From NCBI RefSeq assembly GCF_018977255.1, contig NW_024704742.1:96226001-96290000 (forward strand): 64,000 nucleotides of DNA, given 5' to 3'. Both the position numbers and the translations under genes were made by a program. The DNA comes from Callorhinchus milii (Eukaryota). Position 1 is the first letter of the stretch. Each line of letters begins with the position of its first letter. Below, in pieces: positions 38,225 through 49,859 of this stretch. The notes under the pieces were generated by a model. It was not told where the DNA came from. It worked only from the letters and a program-made list of their open reading frames with translations, and ran no database searches.

Positions 38225-38995
38225 ACTTTGAACTCATTTAGGCTAGGCTGACACTGCAATACACTGCTGGGGGTGTGCTGCATTGTTGGAGGTCCCATCC
38301 TTTGGATGAGACATTAAACCAAGGTTCTGTCTGCTTGTTCGGGTCCCCTGGCACTATTCAATAAGAGAAAGGAGTTTCTCCCGGTTTCCTGTCCAACAAC
38401 AACAACAAAATTACATTTATAGAGCGCCTTTCACGTCGGGAGGTCGTCCCAAGGTGCTGGACAGTCAGGGGTCAGGACCCAAGCTCAGCCACCAATGGTA
38501 GGGCGGGACGGGCGGGAGACATGGAACAGGCTAGAGCCCGATGAACGGAGGAAGCGAGCAGGTTAGTAGGGAGTCAGCAGGTCAGAGAGGTAGGAGGGGG
38601 CAAGGCCATGGATGGCTTTGAAAGTGAGGATGAGGATCTTGAATTCGATCCTTTGAGGGATGGGGAGCCAGTGGAGTTTGGCAAGGGTGGGAATGATGGG
38701 GTCGTGAAGCCTGGTTCGTGAAAGTACGCGAGCTGCAGAGTTTTGGATGGTCTGCAGCTTGTGAAGGGAAGAGTTGGGAAGGCCAATGAAGAGGGTATCC
38801 CCTAGACAATTCCCTAGATAAAATCTGGCGATTCACTTCATCGCTATTTGTACGACACTGCTGTGTACAAATTGGTCACCACCTTTACCTACAAAATACA
38901 CAGTCATAACACTTCACACTATATCCTGAGAAGCACTATGAGGCGTGCTTCCGACGTAAAAGTTACTAATATCAAATTAAGAATGATTATTATAA
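38225..38995 (+). mobile_element. SacSINE1-like Deu SINE split by an antisense L2 insertion
   Basis: taggctgacactgca...ttggatgagacattaaaccaagg...ccggtttcctgtccaa, resuming at ~38805 with attcacttcatcgctatttg and the tail. Confidence 0.85.
38396..38800 (-). mobile_element. L2 3' portion with an internal deletion
   Basis: (CAA)n tail; the minus strand gives KLQTIQNSAAR, LHWLPIPQRIEFKILILTFK and LAPSYLSDLL. Confidence 0.9.
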
Positions 38996-39574
38996 TTTCC
39001 TTGTACTTTCCTTTTCTCTCTTGATCTCACTCTTATGCTAACAGCAACAATTAGGAAAAATGTACATATTTTGTAAAAATTTCTAATAGGATTTCTGAGT
39101 CCTGAAGGATATTGGAAATCAATGGTCTTGATACCTAATTGAAGTGCTACAGCTAAAGTCCTTTAAAGAGGACAACCAAATGAGGTAGAATAGGATGGAA
39201 AAGATAGGATTGGGGAATGGAGGAGAATACAGTCCCACTTAAACCAAGAATAATTATATGATTTATTTTTGCAATGATGTTCAATTTATGATTTATTATT
39301 GTGAAGGAGCTAAACCGTGTAATTAAAAGGATTAACATCCCTAACTGCCTGCAACTGGAACACTGTCAAGGAGCTCTCCATCATCAGACCCATATGATTC
39401 ATGCAGTTACACAACCTGAGCTAGGCGGGAATGATCCTCCCCTCTACATCGTGAGCCCCAGATATTTTTCAGAGGCCACCTTACTCCAACAAACATAGAT
39501 TATTGTGGCTGCTTGTATCAGGGAACATAATTGTAGTTTTCTTCAAAGTTCAAAAATGTCTCAGGGTTCATGCG

Positions 39575-39598
39575 AAGGGCACTATGTCAAATGCAAGG

Positions 39599-39630
<32 letters not shown>

Positions 39631-39856
39631 CTCCATCCTCCCCCTAAAGATCATATGATCGCATTATCTTCCTATGGGTGAATCTTATTTAAATATATGA
39701 AAGATGGGTTACCAACATGTGATAATGCATTTCATCCACAAATATACAGTCAATTCACTTCACAGTATATTCTGTGAAGCACTTTGAGAAGTCTAGAAGA
39801 TGTGAAAAAGTGTTATATCAAATGCAAGGATTATTATTATATTATTATATTATTAT
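39575..39856 (+). mobile_element. Two SINE 3' ends with (TAT)n tails
   Basis: aaatgcaaggat(tat)n at ~39590-39630 and 39820-39856; ccacaaatatacagtcaattcac body from ~39737. Confidence 0.85.
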
Positions 39857-40357
39857 CTGAGGGTTTTTTCAGATTGTTCCTTGAGACATTGAACTGGATG
39901 TTTGCTCAGAAAACAAAGTATAAATTAGGGCAATGAACTTCCCATCCATCTTGTTATATTCCACATAATGGCATCCAGGTCAGATCAGGTGAGATTACAT
40001 TTGGTTGATATTTTATGATATTGGTTGATACAGTGAGCAACATGATATAATAGACAACAGAGCTTGTGCATTTAGAAACAGGATTATTTTTTGAATAAAA
40101 TGTGCATGACAAGTTATGAGTCAACAACTTCTAACGAGCCTGCTTAAATCAACTGTTGAAACATGCTTTGCTTAAATTGACAAGTGAGAATGTAGAAATA
40201 ACCCTCTTACAGCACAGTGGTGACTATTCATGGTCAGTAGATAATTGTAACCAAAGAGCTCTCAAAACCACACACAGGAATGTTTCAGCCAACGGAGATT
40301 TACATTGCTTCACTGTTAATAAGAAGGCACAAACTGTGGAGAAAGGGAATTCCACCT

Positions 40358-40557
40358 AGGTCTAGATTTACTCTATTTATTAGCATTTCAGAGTATCCAG
40401 AATTTTGCAAATTCTTAATTGCAGACTTCATTTTGAAGCTGGATTTCTGTAAGTTCTTTTAAACACCACAGAAGACTAACGGCATCCTTAAGACTGAAAT
40501 CAACGATTCGCAAAATTCTGGATACTGAATGTTACATAAATAGAGTAAGTTTGACCC
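40358..40557. mobile_element. 200-bp foldback (MITE-like) element
   Basis: Left arm ggtctagatttactctatttat...agtatccagaattttgc pairs with right arm gcaaaattctggatact...ataaatagagtaagtttgaccc. Confidence 0.8.
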
Positions 40558-40965
40558 AGTCCTGTCTGCCTATTCAGGCTGTTGTGAAAGATCTCATAAT
40601 ACTATGCAAAAGAGAATGGAGTTTCTCCCAGTGTCCTCGCCAACAATCCCACAGTTAAAGTTGGTCATTCACTTTGTGGCTGTTTGTGGAACATTGCTGT
40701 GTGTAAATTGTTGCCATGTTCACCTGCAAATGCACAATCACTACACTTTACAGTACATCCTGTGAAGGGCCTTGTATCATGACATGATATCAAGAACGAC
40801 TTGCATTTATATAGCACCCTTCACGTGGGGCAGCATCTCGCAGCACTAAACATTGATAGAGCTTGTCGAGCCGGGGAGAGAAATGAGGTCACGATAGCCA
40901 CAGTCGAATATATACAATAAAAATCAGTATTAAATCATGGTGGTATATCAAATGCAAGCAGTACT
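40558..40965 (+). mobile_element. Deu SINE with an antisense L2 tail (~40792-40908) inserted near its 3' end
   Basis: cctgtctgcctattcagg...aaagatctcata...gctgtttgtggaacattgctgtgtg; acgacttgcatttatatagcaccc insert; tail at ~40940-40960. Confidence 0.8.
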
Positions 40966-41238
40966 ATCATTACATTAAAATATTCAACATTTGCAACACA
41001 AGTAGAGTATTTTTATGTTAAAAATATAATTTTAACATGAGAGTGTCACCACTTCATGAGGTGTCAACAAAAAAATCTGAGTAACACAGTTTAGCACTTG
41101 TTGGACACCATCACTATTTTGTTGGCTGCAAAGTTGTCCAACTGATTTAAAAGTAATGCTTATGGGAAAAACTGACCATTTTCCATTATCACTGAGTCAT
41201 GTTGACACCATTTGTACTGTACACAGAGAAAAAGAGAA

Positions 41239-41665
41239 CAGAGTGAAAATGCGAGGCGGGATGTGATAATTATCGCCAATGTTAAACATCAATTTATTGA
41301 CTGGTTTGGATATGAAATGCCTTCCCCCCTCCCCACTTCAGCACAATGAATTGGCCTGAATCTGTCTGAAGCTTCCAACTCATAACATTATTTTTTGCCA
41401 TGAGCTGTTGGGTGTTGCAGAGATTCAGTGCTGCCCCACGAGATAATGGTCTAAGTTTGACCGAGGTCAGCTGGTATCTGTGCAGTGAACTCAAACACCA
41501 TGCTTCACAAATGGCAACAACAATGGTGTTAGTCGAAAATTTTGAGAAACTTTGTAGTTGGGGGAGCGTATTCCCACCCGAACAAAGCCAGTTGATAATT
41601 AAAGGCTGTTTTGGATAGCAATTTTCAACGATGTGATAATATCACGCTTCGTATTTTTCATCCTG
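41239..41665. mobile_element. Non-autonomous DNA transposon (MITE-like) with ~30-bp imperfect TIRs
   Basis: cagagtgaaaatgcgaggcgggatgtgataa versus the reverse complement of the right end, caggatgaaaaatacgaagcgtgatattatca. Confidence 0.6.
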
Positions 41666-43017
41666 ACATCTCCTTAGCAATAAAAGTGCTGACAGTTCTC
41701 AGCACAGTCGCCCTGTAAGCACCATAATCTTGTGACTACTGTTGCGATGTAATATTTGCACAGCAGATTTACGACACTTTTACAACTTTGTCATTCGTAT
41801 GTTACTTTCTTGGCCAAAGCATTGTCTAAATATCAATCATCAATCCTGTGGCAGCCTCGAGTTGACGAAGACATCACTAAGGTTTAAGTGTAAAAATATT
41901 GAGGGAATATGATGGAATTGGCCAGCAATCTGTAATAATCCTGATGCAATTTAACCTTTGACGATAAGACTTTACTACAGGGGATGAAGCAATTGCTTAC
42001 TGTACTCTTGAATGGGATGTGTCATACACTGTCCTTTTAGAGTTGAAGCAAGGCTGGTTTATAGGAGCAGAGTGCTGCAAGTCTGTCACATAACAGGAAT
42101 AAACCCCACTCAAACAGCTCCTCCAAACTTCTGAATTTGAGACTTTGTATATGCTGCCAAGGTAGCATATACAAAAGAACACTGCTCTCTAGTGGAATCA
42201 CGGAAATAGTTCTTTTTTTTCTGCTTCTGTCTCACATGCTGTAAGCAAACAAACAAACAAAAGAACAAAGTTGGCGCTTTTCCTCTCAGTGATATTGTTA
42301 AACTGCCTTGTTGAGGATGTCAATGGGCAAAAAACACGCCAATTGGTTATAAATGCGATTTATAATGCATTAAAGGTTTATCCTTTCTTCTGTGAGATAT
42401 GTCTGTTTAAAGCCTTGTAGGCCTCTGCTCACTGTTTACTGAAAGAAAACTGAAGCATGCCACCCCAACAGCCAGTCGCTCACAATGTGGTGGTTAAAGA
42501 CTCATATCCTGCAAGGTTTGAAGGTCATGCAGTTGAAGTACATGGCCTCATGCCAGTTGAATTTATATTTTCCGACCATTTTTTTCTGAGCAATAAATGA
42601 AGCACACAAGAAACAACTTCATTCATTCCTTCGTTCATTCATAACAAAAGGGCAAAGAACAAATCTGTTATTCAAAGATCATGTTTGCAATCACGCAGGG
42701 TTTGCAGCCTGGTGTGCTGGGTTGGTGGCACAGGAGCGAAAAAATCCTCTGAGCAGGCACTTGTTGAATGATGAATAATTAGATTTTGAGTGAAGAAAAA
42801 CAAGACGCATGAATGACTGAGAGTCCTTGTTAAATAACCCGATGGGTTCAAACTTTCAGTTCAATCTCAGAATGTTTTATCCTCTGTTAACAAAAAGTTT
42901 GGCTGTGAAGTTCCAAACAATCACAGGCAGCAATTGAATATAAACTCAAAGCTTGTCTGCTAAAGGAACCAAACAATTCCCACAACAATACAATTTATTG
43001 AATCATGCAGCATATGT

Positions 43018-43215
43018 CCCAGCCAACAATCCTCAGTTAAAACTCATCACTCATTTCATAGCTGTTTGTGGGCCATTGCTGAGCACAAATTGGCTGCTAA
43101 GATCACCTACAATATATGCACAGTCACTTCACATTAAAATCTTGTCCAGCACTTAGGGAAGTTCTCTCAAAATGAAAGGTGCTACATCAAATGCAAGGAT
43201 CAGTATTCTTATTAT
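43018..43215 (+). mobile_element. Deu SINE 3' half
   Basis: gccaacaatcctc...gctgtttgtggg...aaattggctgc...aaatgcaaggat. Confidence 0.8.
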
Positions 43216-44304
43216 ATGATTATAATGCAAGAATCTCATCAGTGATTACGCTGAATTAAATGGCTCCATGGTAGCAGGAACGGGAATGTCTAGAGATTTG
43301 GGACAAGACATTCATCTCACCATGAAGTGAAGCAACTTTAATGAATTAGGCTTACAATTGGATTTTTCGATAAAAAGTGTGCATTATCAAAATTGCTACA
43401 CTTAACGGAAAGAGGAATTTCGATATCTTGGGCACTTGGTACATTTAAGTGCTCTGGAACACTACCCTGCGTGAGGGGTGCTACATAAGTGCAAGTTGTT
43501 GTTGTATTGTTGCGTTTAAAGGTGGTGTAGGTTGGTGCTTCTAAACCAGAGTGACAAAGCGGAACCTGATTTCTGAGTTGGTGTTTGTGGGGATAGACGG
43601 TATGAGTTTCAATTAATTCAGTTTGCTGCTTATCTTCACCCACAAAACAACACACAACGTTATAAAATATCCTGTGAAGCACTTTGCAAAGTCCTCCTGA
43701 TGTGAAAGGCTCTGTATCAAATGTAAGAATTATTACCATTATTATTATTAAAATTAATAGTGTTATATACAGCATTTCTTTGTTTTTGCCTCATGGAAAA
43801 TCTGTTCAATTGTTTCCACTCTGCCAGCACTGAAGGGCGGTGAATAAGTAAACGAGTAATGAAGAGTGAGCACAAGGCCATATGGTGCATTTCAAGAATA
43901 ATTGTAATTTGATCGCCTATTACTTTTTGACTTGGTGCGGCCGTCAGATGGTAAACAATATGGGAAATTGTGCTGGATATGAAAATGTGGTTATTCCTCT
44001 AGTATTACAGTGAACAAAATACATTGACTGCAGTGTTTGTGATTGCGAACAACATGGGGGATGAAAACATAATATTACTGTGTTAGCAGGAGTCCTAAAT
44101 AATAATTGCTACTGATAACAACAGGTGCATCATGTCAAACTGCAGGAACTTTGCCCTTGAAAAAGATCATATCAGAACAGACTTCTTGTAGGACATGTGA
44201 CATGCATCCAGAAGTAGATCTGCAAGGATCAGTGCCCTGGAACATCTTTCCAATGTGAAGGGCGCTATACAATTTGTTGCTGTTGTTGTTGTTACAAGAA
44301 GTTT

Positions 44305-45020
44305 AGGCAGTGTTTCTCAGATGGTAGCCTTCTCGCCTTTGACTCAGAATGTTGTGGGTTCAAGCCCCGGGTTCAAGCCCCGCACTAGGACTTTGAATTC
44401 ACAATCTAGGCTGACCCTCCAAGGACCTAGCTGTCTGGTGAAGTAGACACAATTGTTCCTATAGCATTGTTCGAGAAGAGAAGGCAGCTTTTCCCAATAA
44501 CCCAAATCCCTCCCAAATAAAATTGGTTACTCTCTTTAAGGCTGTTTGTGGAACATTTCTCTCCACAAATTGGCTGCTGCATTTGCCTAAAAATATGTAG
44601 TCACTACATTTCACAGTAAAATCCTATGAATTGCTTTGAGACATCACAATAATAATAATAATAATCCTTGCATTTGATATAGCGCTTTTCATGTCAGGAG
44701 GACATCCGAAAGCGCTTCACAGAACACACTGTAAAGTGAATTGACTGTATATTTGTGGGCGAACGCGGCAACCAATTGCGCACAGCAGTGTCCCACAAAC
44801 AGTCGTAGATTGAAAATGACCAATTTATTATTGTTTTTTTGTTTTGGAGGGATTATTATTAGGTGTGTGGAGTAAGGAAACTTGCCCAAGGTTTCGCAAT
44901 GCCTGGAATTGAACTCAGGTCTCTCACTTGCAAAGCAAGTGCTCCAACCACTGAGCTACAGGACTCCACAATGATGCGATAAGGTACTTTATCACACACA
45001 AGAATTAATATACATTATTA
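44305..45020 (+). mobile_element. SacSINE1-like SINE hosting an antisense family A SINE
   Basis: ctcagatggtagccttctcgcctttgactcagaatgttgtgggttcaagccc head; body to 44648; tail resumes at ~44970. Confidence 0.8.
44649..44969 (-). mobile_element. Full-length family A SINE (short variant)
   Basis: Ends in ccactgagctacaggactccac; reverse-complement match to 5290-5609. Confidence 0.95.
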
Positions 45021-45280
45021 GAAATTGACTATAAAATACACAGTAACTGTACTGTGAAGCACATTGAGGTGTCCTCCTGATGAGAAAGAAACAATATCAA
45101 AATGCAAGGGTTTTATTAATTAGACTGTATCAGAACAGATATCATACGAGATATGTAATGTGCTATTGGTTACCAGTAGAAGTCTTTATTCAGGAACAAA
45201 TTCAAGCTTTGCAATTCCTGTTACAAATGTGCCATTATTGGTCAAAATGAAAACTATATCTTCATTAAGAAAGTATTAAT

Positions 45281-45634
45281 GTGGAGTCCTGTAGCGTATT
45301 GGTTAGAGCACTTGCCTCCCAAGTGAGAAGACTAGGGTTTGTTTCCTGGGCAAGGCGAAACTTTAGGCAGATTTCTTTCACCTCTGTTTACATAGCAGTA
45401 AGTAGGAGCCCAGTTGTTAATCGATTGGTGGACCACTTTTCAGGGGGTAATAAACCCTTAAAAAAAAATTTGGTCACTCAATCAACAACTGTTTGTAGGA
45501 CACTGCTGTGCGCAATCAGTTGCTGTGTTTTGCCCACAAAATATTGTCAATTCACTTTACAGTATATTCTGTGAACGCTTTCAAAGACTTGATAAGGTGC
45601 TATATCAAATGCAAGGATTCTTACTATTATATTA
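45281..45634 (+). mobile_element. Full-length family A SINE (long variant)
   Basis: gtggagtcctgtagcgtattggttagagc...cctctgtttacatagcagtaagtagg...aaatgcaaggatt. Confidence 0.9.
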
Positions 45635-45949
45635 ATGGAGTTGTTATCCATATGACGTTTACCTTAAAAGCCAATCATGTTTAGATAGTTCCCGTAGGAA
45701 ATGGAGAAATAAAATTACAATACCAGGATGCATAGACTTTACACCCTTGCTAAATTTGTAGTAGATTCTGTAACAGATAAACTGCAGCACTACTTACCAC
45801 AAAGGTTAAACGGTGGCTGCATACATAAGTTGAATTGCTGGAATGGTACCTTTGTTGAGTTATATTAGGAAAACTGAACTACTGAACAGAGATTTCAATA
45901 CTTGAATTATTTGGAGGCCAAGAAAGTAATAATAAAAAGGATGGATGAA

Positions 45950-46325
45950 GTGTTAGGGAAGATAGGAGAAAATAAAACAGGGGGAGCAATTTATAGGTAA
46001 GGACAATCTAGGAGGGAGACTGAAGGTCAGCAAAAACATGAGGCAAGGGGAGAAAGAAAGAGACTTAAGAAGCTGAGGGACGAGAAGCAAGTGGGAAGGG
46101 CAAGAATGAAAGTGTGAGAGACAAAATGAACTGAGAGGGGAAAAAGAAAACTGATGGGAAGAGTACTGAGAGGAGACAGAAAGAAAATTTGAGAGGGGAA
46201 GAAAAGACAGACAGAGGAGATAAGGAGAGCTGGTAAATAGGCAAAAACAGGACCTAGAGAGAAAGACAGGGATGAAAGTGAATTTAAGGGGTAAGTGAGA
46301 CACCATGATCCTAGAAGGAGAGAAA
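45950..46325 (+). repeat. Purine-rich low-complexity tract
   Basis: Strong A/G strand bias over ~370 bp. Confidence 0.8.
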
Positions 46326-46524
46326 ATAACAACAACATTTATATAGCGCCTTTCATATCGGGAGTACATCCCAAGACAGTTGGGGATTTGGAAAATAAGA
46401 ATAAAAATAGGAAACAAAATTAAAAAATAATAATTCTTAAATTTGATATAGCACCTTTCATGTCAGGAGGACATCTCAAGATTACAAACAACCTTTAGTT
46501 ATGGAAAGTCTCTTCTTTGTTCAG

Positions 46525-46890
46525 TGATTACCTCTGCGACCTTCTAACCCCCTATCAACCTGCCCGCTCTCTCCGCTTAGCCGGCTCCAGACTGCTCCAC
46601 GTCCCCCAACCCACCCACCCCACCATTAGCGGGAGAGCCTTCAGCCACTCTGCCCCCAAACTCTGGAACTCCATCCCCCAATCACTCCGCTTCGCCCCCT
46701 CCTTAGCCTCCTTCAAGTGCCGCCTCAAGACTCTCCTCTTTGACCATGCCATTGGCCACCCCCCTTCCCCTCCCCTCCCTTCTCCCCCCTGACCCCAGCT
46801 CGGGTCTGAATTGCTGTACACTGTCCAGCACCTTGGGACGTCCTCCCGACGTGAAAGGCGCTATACAAATGTAATCTTGTTGTTGTTGTT
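46525..46890 (+). mobile_element. L2 3' end
   Basis: YLCDLLTPYQPARSLR...GRAFSHSAPKLWNSIP...LKTLLFDHA, then a (TTG)n tail. Confidence 0.92.
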
Positions 46891-46967
46891 TAAACTAGAA
46901 TTACATTGCATCAAATGATTTGAGCAGCAACAATAACATTTTTTTCAGTGAATACTACAAATAAATA

Positions 46968-47275
46968 GTGGAGTCCTGTAGCTCAGTGGTTAGAGCACTC
47001 GCTTTGCAAGTGAGAGACCTGAGTTCAATTCCAGGCAGGTCAGGGAAAAACCTTGGGCAAGTTTCCTTACTCCACACGCCTAATAATAATTCCTCCAAAA
47101 CCAAAAACAATAATAAATTGGTCATTTTCAATCTACAACTGTTTGTGGGACATTGCTGTGCGCAATTGGCTGCCGCGTTCGCCCACAAATATACAGTCAA
47201 TTCACTTTACAGTGTGTTCTGTGAAGTGCTTTAGGACGTTCTCCCGACATGAAAAGCGCTATATCAAATGCAAGG

Positions 47276-47337
<62 letters not shown>
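46968..47337 (+). mobile_element. Full-length family A SINE (short variant) with a (TAT)20 tail
   Basis: Intact head and body; pure TAT repeat at 47278-47337. Confidence 0.95.
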
Positions 47338-47338
<1 letters not shown>

Positions 47339-48202
47339 ATGTCCCATGTATATTTGGAAATTTTAATGCAACCATTTTAGTTAGTAAGTTTTTTCTCTAA
47401 ACATTGTTCCAGTTATTGCTAGCCTTTTACATTGTCTCCTCATGTCACACATTGAAGGAACAAACACTGGAACAAATATAATGGGACAAACATAATGGGT
47501 CAAATGGCCATCTACTGTGTTGCAGATTTCTATGGTACTATAGCTAATCCTCAGCTAAATTAACGGCTTTTGCACGTGTTGATTTGTAACCAGCCTTTAG
47601 AAGGTGTACAAGAGCAATCTAGATTGACCTCTGGGTCAAGACCTTGCTTTCCTCGGCCCACCCCCCACTGAACTCATCTGGTGTCCATGGTGCACGATTG
47701 TATGTCCTGTGCAGATGATGTTTTATTTTCTCAGTCATGGAAATAAATACATTGGATAAGTCTTTTATTCTGCTAAAGTAACCTATTATATCACGAAACT
47801 GCAAGATTGGTTTGGATGAAAAAGCCCTTTCGTTCCATTCGATCTCATCCCTCCAGAAGAAGCTCCCCCCTCCATGCCTTACTGTATGGTGCACTATTTC
47901 TCAGATCTTTGAATCATTGTAAGTCAGCCTTCCAGGGCACTGCTGATGACAGCAGTAACTGGCTCATTGGCAGGATCTGGAAGAGCAAACCAGTCACTGA
48001 GAGTCATCCCACTCAGCTCCTGTTAACCCTGCAAGCCAAAGCCCTAACAGGTAGGGTGATCCGATCTGGACAAGCAATATCAATGCTAAGCTATGCGATT
48101 TTAGCTGGTTAGACTCCAACCATACCCCAACGCATACTCTGGGGTTCCCAAGCCTTGGCTCTTGCCAACCTGAACCTAAGACTTTCCGGAATTAGGTAAG
48201 CA

Positions 48203-48350
48203 GGATGCATCCTTCAGGAAGAGAGTGTGCATTCCATTCCAAAAATCTATCTCAGGGATTTCCATGTGTAAGTGGGATGCATGGAAATTTCAGTTTGGTT
48301 TGCATACTGTTAAGTACGGTGATGTGTCAGTCACCCAGATGACAAAAAAA
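48203..48350 (+). repeat. Unclassified dispersed repeat (family C), copy 1
   Basis: gagagtgtgcattccattcca...atttccatgtgta...tgtgtcagtcacccagatgacaaaaaaa; matches 56648-56807 and the reverse complement of 50318-50552. Confidence 0.8.
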
Positions 48351-49859
48351 GCCTTAATAAACTGATAACTTTCACTAGAACAGTTGGATGTTCCTGTCAG
48401 TGCCAGTGACAATATTCACAGGTGGTGGCTTAATGGAAATGCTGAAAAGTAATAAAAATATAAAATGCAAAATTAAATCTGATTGAATGTGTGTCTTAAT
48501 GTTGGTGTCAATTTATGATCATGTTTTCTTAACTATTTATAGCTTCAGTGTTCCATTACTATGGAAAACTTCTATGTTACACAAATCACTCTCTCTCCAA
48601 AGGGTCAGGAATCAGTCACATAATATACAGAGGCGTAGACAAATTATTCTACATTGTCTGTCTCAAGGGATCAGAAAAACAAAGAAACTCCACATTTAGT
48701 AATGCTTTTTGTAACCTTCGCTACATTAGTAATAAATCTTTCATGTAAAGCACATGGTGATATTATTTTTTCAGGGGCAGGGTGTACCTTTTCATCCCAC
48801 TAGTGGTTCCTCCCACGTTGTGATTCATTGCAATGAATACAGGTTATACGATGAATGCCACAATGTTCAGGTCAATGGTAGAACTTCCCGTGATGAAAGT
48901 TTGACAATTACATTTGTAAAAGTAATTGTCCAGCACCAGATAGTACATTTATTAAAATATCACAAGGAAGGCTGGGATGAAGAAAGTCATTGAGCTCCTA
49001 ATCTCATTTTTCCAGAATACACATTTTACCATCCGCCCATTAGAGCATCAAGTTGCTTCTGAAATGAGCCCTGAGCTCAATTTCTCTTCCTGGCAACTTT
49101 TCGCAGCTGTTGGTTGCCCTCTCTAAGGGAATACTTTCTCATTATAATAAATCCATGGAATGCTTTGAGATTTCTCAAAGATGATCTGACAAATGTAAGG
49201 ATTGTTATTATTATTATTAGTAGTAGTAGTATATGCTTCCACTAATTATTGAGTTTACCAACCTGCAAATAATGATGCATATTCTCGTGCCAAGATTGGT
49301 AATTTACTGTCAAACGGAGACTCATTCCTCTAAACATTATAAAGGCTGTAGAAAGGGCAGCATTTTAAATGGGAAGTGATTGGCACTCGGAGAATTGACC
49401 CAATCCAGGTGGCAGATACCAGATCTGCAACAGTAGATTTGTTACCCATGGCAGAGGGAGTCAGTAAGCAGCCAAGGAACACATTGCAACCCAACAGGCA
49501 TATTAACATTATACGGTGCATGTTTATTTTGCAGATGCAATAGTAGAACATGTTAGTTGCCAAATAAAGCAAACAATTTGCAAGCTTGTTTAAAAAGAAT
49601 GTGTTCTCACCACACAGAATTTAGTTGTATGTATATTTTTGATTGTTGCTTCCGGCATTTGTTGGACTAATCTCTCCGAGATAAATACATTTAACTCAAT
49701 TTGAAAACTGAACCAGACCAGCTGAAGAAAGTAAAAGTGTCTAATATGTTCGAGTGCTTAATTATAGAGTCTGGGGTCCTGGAACAGAGCAGATTTGTTT
49801 TTATAAATCTAGAAAAATAAGATAATAACTGGATATTCATAGGGCTATGATTTATTGGG

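Noticed and set aside
45953..46417. 154-aa hydrophobic minus-strand ORF
   Set aside because: Arises from a purine-rich low-complexity tract plus an L2 tail.
48765..49035. Minus-strand frame MVKCVFWKNEIRSSMTFFIPAFLVIF**MYYLVLDNYFYKCNCQTFITGSSTIDLNIV, vaguely CALHM-like or LINE-endonuclease-like
   Set aside because: Several stops, two incompatible weak resemblances and no downstream motifs; needs blastx to judge.
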